Shown: positions 58,868 to 64,000 of the stretch, piece after piece
Numbering within the stretch: the first letter of the stretch is position 1
Layout of the letters: each line of letters opens with the position of its first letter
DNA from: an uncultured Gammaproteobacteria bacterium
GTDB taxonomy: Bacteria > Patescibacteriota > Patescibacteriia > Magasanikbacterales > JBBTQS01
DNA length: 64,000 nucleotides
NCBI GenBank assembly: GCA_964627055.1
Contig: CAZVGV010000002.1
Coordinates: 19,802 to 83,801, forward strand
Direction: 5' to 3'
Made by a program: the position numbers and the translations under genes
The notes under the pieces: model-generated
Database searches by the model: none
The model's input: the letters and a program-made list of their open reading frames with translations, nothing else
Told to the model about the DNA's origin: nothing

Positions 58868-59027
58868 GGCTCTCTCCTGCCCCGTACGTGGGGCTAACGT
58901 GGTGGTGGCCGGCGATACATCGCGCGGCCGGGATAGACACTTCAATTGATGCTGCTCGCGAACGCGAGACAGCAAGGAACAGGAACCGTGCGATCCTATG
59001 GCACCAAGCCACAGAACCGAACCCGGC

Positions 59028-59056
59028 AGACTAGCACGCCGGGATGATTTTGTCAA
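59028..59056 (-). promoter_or_regulatory. Promoter TTGACA-N17-TAGTCT (extended -10)
   Basis: -35 at 59056-59051, -10 at 59033-59028. Confidence 0.7.
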
Positions 59057-59068
59057 GATCTACGGGTT

Positions 59069-59680
59069 TTATGCTCGATTTTTCTTCTGAAATAGGACAA
59101 AAATGGATGCGAGAATCGCACCGAAGAGGAAACCGATAAGGCCATTCATTGGGATATTTGGACGCACCGGGAACCGCGAGGCAATAGGTTCATCCGCGAT
59201 TTTGAACGTTGCTTGAGCTCCTACATATTCAATGCCGTGCTCCATGACGGTCTTGTTGACACCACTTGCGAGAATGATGGCCTGTGCCGGGTCTGTGCTA
59301 TACGCGGTAATGCGAAGGAGTCCAGTGCCTGGTGTTACATCGGCCTCAACATGCTTCTTCCAATACTTGCGGCGCAGACGCTCTTCTGTTGGGAACACGG
59401 TCTTGTCGATACGTGGCTCTGCTTCGAGCACACGGTCGAGGAACTCACTCGTCCCGATCGCAAGGGCGAGGTTCTCACCGACACGCTCCGAAGATTTGAT
59501 CACGGTATATGGATCAACACCGAATCCCTGACGAGGAATCACAAAGACTCCAGCTACTGCTGAGTACTTCAATGGGAAAAAGAAACTCACAACCACTGCG
59601 AGAAGGAGTCCCAGGAATGCAATATTGAGAATGAATCGTGAACGAGAAACAAGGATGAGAAGGTACGAAGGATGATGCAT
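59069..59680 (-). CDS. Wzz/CpsC-like polysaccharide chain-length determinant
   Basis: N- and C-terminal TM helices, P.KYSA, C-terminal PVRPN...GLIGFLFG. Confidence 0.7.
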   Translation of the reverse strand: MHHPSYLLILVSRSRFILNIAFLGLLLAVVVSFFFPLKYSAVAGVFVIPRQGFGVDPYTVIKSSERVGENLALAIGTSEFLDRVLEAEPRIDKTVFPTEERLRRKYWKKHVEADVTPGTGLLRITAYSTDPAQAIILASGVNKTVMEHGIEYVGAQATFKIADEPIASRFPVRPNIPMNGLIGFLFGAILASIFVLFQKKNRA

Positions 59681-59688
59681 ACAAGTGA

Positions 59689-60807
59689 TTATGGTGCTGA
59701 TACCATGGTCACATCGACCACGATATCCTTCCCAGCGCGTACAACCTGCATAGGCACGATCGCACCAGCGCGAGAAGAGAACACCAGATTGGCAAATGAT
59801 TGAGCACTCGTGACCGCAACTCCACCAACAGCAGTAACCACATCGCCTTCACGCAATGGGAATGTATCGCGTACCTTTGCGTTCACAGTGAGAATACGTG
59901 CGCCTTGTGTCAGTGCTGCGTCATCGAGAATCGTTGCCTGTGAAAGTTCTACATACGTTACAGGCAACTGTGGACGTACAATCTTGCCAGAAGCAAAGAG
60001 TTCGGGGAGTACTGGTGCGATAAGTGACGCCGGGATGAATCGCATTGCACGCGCTGTTGTATCCTTTGCGGTGACTACACCGAGGAGTTCACCTTGCGAA
60101 GAAATTACGGGGTGACCTGCTTCCACGCCTTCAATCGTCGGACTTGCAAGACCATATTCAGAATAGACCTTCGCATCATGCGTGATTGCATCACTCGCCG
60201 TGAGGCTGAGTCCATCGATCATCGTTGCACGCAATATGCCGTAGCTCGTAGGAACAGCCGAGACATCAGAAAGCGTCTTCATGTCCCCTCGTCCCAATGT
60301 CATCGGTGAGAGTACTGCATTCTTGAGTTTTGCAAATACGAGTGAGGTTGCCACATCTACAACAACCTTCTCTGCCGTAACCGCTCGACCGTCTACAAGA
60401 AAGACCACATCGGATGACTTGAGCACATCTTTGGTAGTGACAACCCAACCATCAGAAGTGAGCGCAGCAGCGTAACCTACGCGATCGCGTGCAACAAATA
60501 CCGTTGAAGTTACGCCCTTAATAGACCCGGTGGCGCGACTATTCATCACAGGAATAACAGAGCGTAGGATTCCGCGATCCATACGTGCTACGACCGTAGC
60601 TGCGTCTTGTGGCACGAAGACCGGAGTTGCACGCTCGATGATCTGCACGTTTACAGAACGATTACGAAGCAACCAGCCCGCACCAACACCAATACACAGC
60701 ACAACTAGAACAAGCAGAGTGAGGAACAGTGCACGCATGCGCCACGACGGGCGTACTACCGCGCCGTCAGCGTCACGTGTCGGAAGATGTGGAGGATGCA
60801 CTGCCAT
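59689..60807 (-). CDS. HtrA-like trypsin-fold + PDZ protein, catalytically degenerate
   Basis: TM anchor, LTSDGWVVT, GHPVISSQGELLGV, PDZ LREGDVVTAVGG. Confidence 0.7.
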   Translation of the reverse strand: MAVHPPHLPTRDADGAVVRPSWRMRALFLTLLVLVVLCIGVGAGWLLRNRSVNVQIIERATPVFVPQDAATVVARMDRGILRSVIPVMNSRATGSIKGVTSTVFVARDRVGYAAALTSDGWVVTTKDVLKSSDVVFLVDGRAVTAEKVVVDVATSLVFAKLKNAVLSPMTLGRGDMKTLSDVSAVPTSYGILRATMIDGLSLTASDAITHDAKVYSEYGLASPTIEGVEAGHPVISSQGELLGVVTAKDTTARAMRFIPASLIAPVLPELFASGKIVRPQLPVTYVELSQATILDDAALTQGARILTVNAKVRDTFPLREGDVVTAVGGVAVTSAQSFANLVFSSRAGAIVPMQVVRAGKDIVVDVTMVSAP

Positions 60808-60822
60808 AGAAATCGTAAAAAG

Positions 60823-61590
60823 TTACCAACGGGCAACAAGGAATAACACCAACGTTACAGCCAAACCAATACACGCTGCTACCAGCCATGTACGACGCGT
60901 TTCGCGCGGCAAATCGCCGGTTTCTTGCAGTACAAGATGGGTCGTAACCAGGTAGAGTATTGCTGCAAAGATCGCAGATAATGTATACCCAATTGGCAAC
61001 AAAAGCAATGACCATACCAGTTCTACCATCGCCACTGTGGTCATCATAGTAACAAGCCATCGCACATGCGCTCGCTGCTCCACGAGGCGCAGAAATGGAT
61101 ACAACATGGTTACGACAGCAGCCATGACTGCACCAATTGCCCACCAAATAGACTCGTGAATTGTAACAACAACTCCCAATCCAACCGCAGTGGTCATATA
61201 TACAGCACATGCCTGGACAACACGTGCGGTCAGTAGCAGCACCACCCGTGAACGCTGGCCAGGTACCTCTACGAATCGAACTGCATGATACTGGTTGATC
61301 AAAAGTAGTATCACGGACATGCACACTACAATCACCTGCACCCAAGCAGTATCAGTCAGTAGGATCAACCCAATCGCACCTGCGGTGATCCACAATGCTT
61401 GCGCAATCGTGATACTTCGAATAGGTGTGCCTCCTGCAGGGTATAATGCAAAGAACAACAGAAATACTTGTACTGCCAGCGTGGCAACAGCTGCAACGAA
61501 CCAGTACGCAATAGGAACCGCAGAAACACTCCACAATCCTGCCCCAATAAGGAGTGAGAGGAGGAGTGCATTCGTGAACGGAGTGTACAT
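60823..61590 (-). CDS. Hypothetical integral membrane protein
   Basis: About nine hydrophobic segments; ends ARW. Confidence 0.7.
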   Translation of the reverse strand: MYTPFTNALLLSLLIGAGLWSVSAVPIAYWFVAAVATLAVQVFLLFFALYPAGGTPIRSITIAQALWITAGAIGLILLTDTAWVQVIVVCMSVILLLINQYHAVRFVEVPGQRSRVVLLLTARVVQACAVYMTTAVGLGVVVTIHESIWWAIGAVMAAVVTMLYPFLRLVEQRAHVRWLVTMMTTVAMVELVWSLLLLPIGYTLSAIFAAILYLVTTHLVLQETGDLPRETRRTWLVAACIGLAVTLVLFLVARW

Positions 61591-61605
61591 ATGCGACTCG
61601 TACAA

Positions 61606-62685
61606 TTACGAACGCACAATCCTATACGCATCAACCGTTGATTCAGCTTCGGGAATCTCGTCATCTCCATCATTACCCGCTGCTATTTCCTTACTAATAA
61701 TGAGAATCGCGGTAGCAACTGGTACGGCAAGTAACGCCCCGATCACACCTGCAAGTTTTGCACCGATCAAAATTGCTACGATGCTGATGAGCGGATTGAG
61801 ACCCACAGCCTTCTGCATGATCTTCGGAACAATGAGATTATTCTCAAGCAACTGGATCACCCAGCAGAAGATCAATGTAACAAGCGCGATAAACGGCGAG
61901 ACTGTGAAGGCAAAAAATACTGCAGGGATGGCAGCAATGACAGGACCGACGTACGGAACCAGCTCAAGCAACCCCGCGATCAACGCAAGTACACCAGCAT
62001 ACGGCACGCCGATGCTTGCAAATCCGATATACGTGAGAACACCGATCACAAGACACAGTGTTAACTGTCCACGTACCCACTGCGCGAGCATCACACGCAC
62101 CTTCATGAGAATTCGATTCACAAATGGTTGGTACTGGTCAGGAACTACCGTACGCAATGCACGACGCATGTCATCGCGCTCCACCACCATATAGAATGAG
62201 AGCACCATCACAAAAAGGAATGTGAAAATACCACCGAAGAAGCCCGTGATCGTAGTGAAGACGGTGCCAAAACTTGCTTGCAACGAACTGCGTACGCTAT
62301 CAATACTCGACTGCAGCGCAGTACCCATTCCACCCTCCCCTGTCACATGACGAAATGCATCAATATTTCCTGCAACACTATCCCACTGCACTGCGAGATT
62401 CGTTACCAAATCACGCGCCTGTGCTGCAATAGCTGGAACAATCATGATACCAATAAGTACAAGTAACCCTACCAGTAATACGAAAACACCCAGAACGGCG
62501 ACAGATCGCGGAATGCGGTAGCGCTCACACCAGTCAGCAGCCGGATCAATGATCGCAGCAAAGACCAGCGCGAAGAACAACATGAACAAGATGTCGCTGA
62601 TCATGTACGCGAACCAGAGAACTGCGAGCGTGACGATGAGCTTCACGATCGACTTCGTACTTATAGTGATAGAATATTCGCGCAT
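61606..62685 (-). CDS. AI-2E family transporter (PerM-like)
   Basis: WVRGQL, LVPYVGP, QLLENNLIVPKI, GVIGALLAVP. Confidence 0.92.
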   Translation of the reverse strand: MREYSITISTKSIVKLIVTLAVLWFAYMISDILFMLFFALVFAAIIDPAADWCERYRIPRSVAVLGVFVLLVGLLVLIGIMIVPAIAAQARDLVTNLAVQWDSVAGNIDAFRHVTGEGGMGTALQSSIDSVRSSLQASFGTVFTTITGFFGGIFTFLFVMVLSFYMVVERDDMRRALRTVVPDQYQPFVNRILMKVRVMLAQWVRGQLTLCLVIGVLTYIGFASIGVPYAGVLALIAGLLELVPYVGPVIAAIPAVFFAFTVSPFIALVTLIFCWVIQLLENNLIVPKIMQKAVGLNPLISIVAILIGAKLAGVIGALLAVPVATAILIISKEIAAGNDGDDEIPEAESTVDAYRIVRS

Positions 62686-62743
62686 ATGATAGAGGCTAGA
62701 CTATCGTCAGTGTAGCGTATATAGTGAGCTTGCACAATTGTGT

Positions 62744-63193
62744 ATGCCTACACTTGCCACCAACCGAACCGCACGATTCAACTACGAGATCCTCGAAACC
62801 ATCGAGGCTGGTATTGTGTTATCTGGTGACGAAGTGAAATCCGTACGCGCAGGTGGCATGCGCCTCACCGAAAGCTTTGTAACATTTCGTGGCGAACGAG
62901 CCATGCTCACCAATGCACACATCAGTCGCTATGCGAAGAGCAACCCTGCGGTGAGCTATGATCCTGAGCACTCCCGTGAGCTCCTGTTACACAAGTCACA
63001 AATCCTGAATTTGTTGGGCAAAAAGACGCGCGATGGATTGACGATCGTGCCACTTTCTGTCTATACTGCGAAAGGTCGCATCAAGATCGAGATCGGTCTT
63101 GCACGTGGCAAGAAGACCATTGACAAACGAGACACTATCAAACGTCGTGAATCCGATCGTGAGGTCGCACGTGCCATGAAGGCACGTCGCTAA
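62744..63193 (+). CDS. smpB: SsrA-binding protein
   Basis: NRTARFNY, EAGIVLSGDEVKS, LLLHK, ARGKK..DKR. Confidence 0.97.
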   Translation: MPTLATNRTARFNYEILETIEAGIVLSGDEVKSVRAGGMRLTESFVTFRGERAMLTNAHISRYAKSNPAVSYDPEHSRELLLHKSQILNLLGKKTRDGLTIVPLSVYTAKGRIKIEIGLARGKKTIDKRDTIKRRESDREVARAMKARR

Positions 63194-63213
63194 CTTCACG
63201 TTCATCAAACAAC

Positions 63214-63607
63214 GGGGATGCCCGGTTTCGATGGGAGGTTCATGGACGTGTCGTAGCATACCGAGCGGACGGACGCTCGTTAATCCCCGTCAAACAGTCT
63301 ACGTGCAAACGTATTCTCGCGCGTGAAGAATTCGATCGCTTCGGCGTTCGCAATGCCTTCATTCGCTCCGGTTGCAGCCTAATAGCTCCAGCCCATCGCC
63401 CTCACGATACCTCTAGTGAGTACGCGGTGTAATACCGAGGTGTACTGCATGACGTCGCACCGCGTCGTGTAGGACAATAACCGGTGCAACGTGTTGGCAG
63501 GCTTCGCACGCATGCTGCTGCCACCACGTATACTCATGCGTGCTCAGTATGGACACTCGATGCGGACATCCTTCCAGACGCGGGTTCGACTCCCGCCATC
63601 TCCACCA
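63214..63607 (+). ncRNA. ssrA: tmRNA
   Basis: 5' GGGGATG, 3' GGTTCGACTCCCGCCATCTCCACCA, internal tag ORF 63305-63382; adjacent to smpB. Confidence 0.95.
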
Positions 63608-63616
63608 CAAATATGA

Positions 63617-63651
63617 AGAGCCCTCGGTTCCTGTTGTGAACCGAGGGCTCT
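63617..63651. terminator. Hairpin after ssrA / convergent gene
   Basis: AGAGCCCTCGGTTC/GAACCGAGGGCTCT 14-bp stem. Confidence 0.7.
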
Positions 63652-63674
63652 GTCGTTCGTTGTCGCACCAGCGG

Positions 63675-63998
63675 TCAGTGCAGAGACTGATAGCACGCCG
63701 CCAAATGCGCACTGATCTGCGCAGTCGTGCGTCCGGCGTACGCCAGCGCAAGCGCGTCCCCCAGGTACTTGCTCACCGGGTCGCTGTAGAACCTGCCCAG
63801 GTCATGCCCTCGCCCCTTGAGTGCGTGGTGCAGCTCATTGAGGAGTTCTTGTGTCAGCATTCGTAGGTAGTATGACCGTTGCTGGCGCAGCAGCTCACCC
63901 ACCTGCATAAACCCGAGCCTGCGCAGAGTGCCAGTGCACTCATCACTGAGCATCAGCACCTCGATCGGTTCGAACAGCGAATCCAGCACCCCGGACTG
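63675..63998 (-). CDS. RNA polymerase alpha-CTD-like domain protein (5' end outside window)
   Basis: LFEPIEVLMLSDECTGTLRRLGFMQVGELL...LLNELHHALKGRGHDLG matches the alpha-CTD pattern (PvddLeLsvR..ncL...i..igdL...sl.Eik..L..rGl.LG); frame open to the window edge. Confidence 0.6.
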   Translation of the reverse strand, partial: QSGVLDSLFEPIEVLMLSDECTGTLRRLGFMQVGELLRQQRSYYLRMLTQELLNELHHALKGRGHDLGRFYSDPVSKYLGDALALAYAGRTTAQISAHLAACYQSLH

Positions 63999-64000
63999 GA

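Noticed and set aside
55104-58897. Long plus-strand ORFs (487, 297 and 305 aa) over the high-GC genes
   Set aside because: Antisense shadows of GC3-biased genes; Arg/Val/Ala-rich with no motifs, SD or promoter.
54600-59060. Integron cassette array
   Set aside because: No intI; the spacers carry promoters and terminators rather than recognisable attC sites with RYYYAAC/GTTRRRY ends.
63413-63866. ORFs overlapping ssrA
   Set aside because: They overlap the structured tmRNA and its terminator; no protein features.

Overview
Bacterial chromosome segment whose gene content and style point to Patescibacteria (CPR; Parcubacteria/ABY1-like). This is an inference from a compact, Shine-Dalgarno-free housekeeping backbone (lgt, gatCA, ligA, pilM, cysS, dnaX, murD, greA, smpB, ssrA, tRNA-Ser, tRNA-Gln), a VirD4/HerA-like ATPase, and a large surface locus. 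The surface locus holds an S-layer-like protein, four O-antigen-ligase-type membrane proteins, five GT4 glycosyltransferases, a UDP-glucuronate decarboxylase and an ECF sigma/anti-sigma pair. The main unexplained pattern is a second class of genes in this backbone: at least seven minus-strand, mostly GC-richer orphan genes. Each is a self-contained unit with a TTGAC(A/G/T)-N17/18-(-10) promoter, a strong GGAG(G) Shine-Dalgarno and its own 3' hairpin, whereas backbone genes mostly use extended -10 promoters with short, SD-less leaders. This class includes an OmpA-domain plus outer-membrane beta-barrel protein (unexpected in a monoderm), a Cys-repeat lipoprotein, a deaminase, a Nudix paralog and probably an RNAP alpha-CTD-like protein. 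A second candidate novel system is an ATP-grasp ligase fused to an ABC exporter, divergent from a stand-alone MurD-like ligase and a YdcF gene next to tRNA-Gln. All functional calls come from motif recognition by eye; no searches were run.
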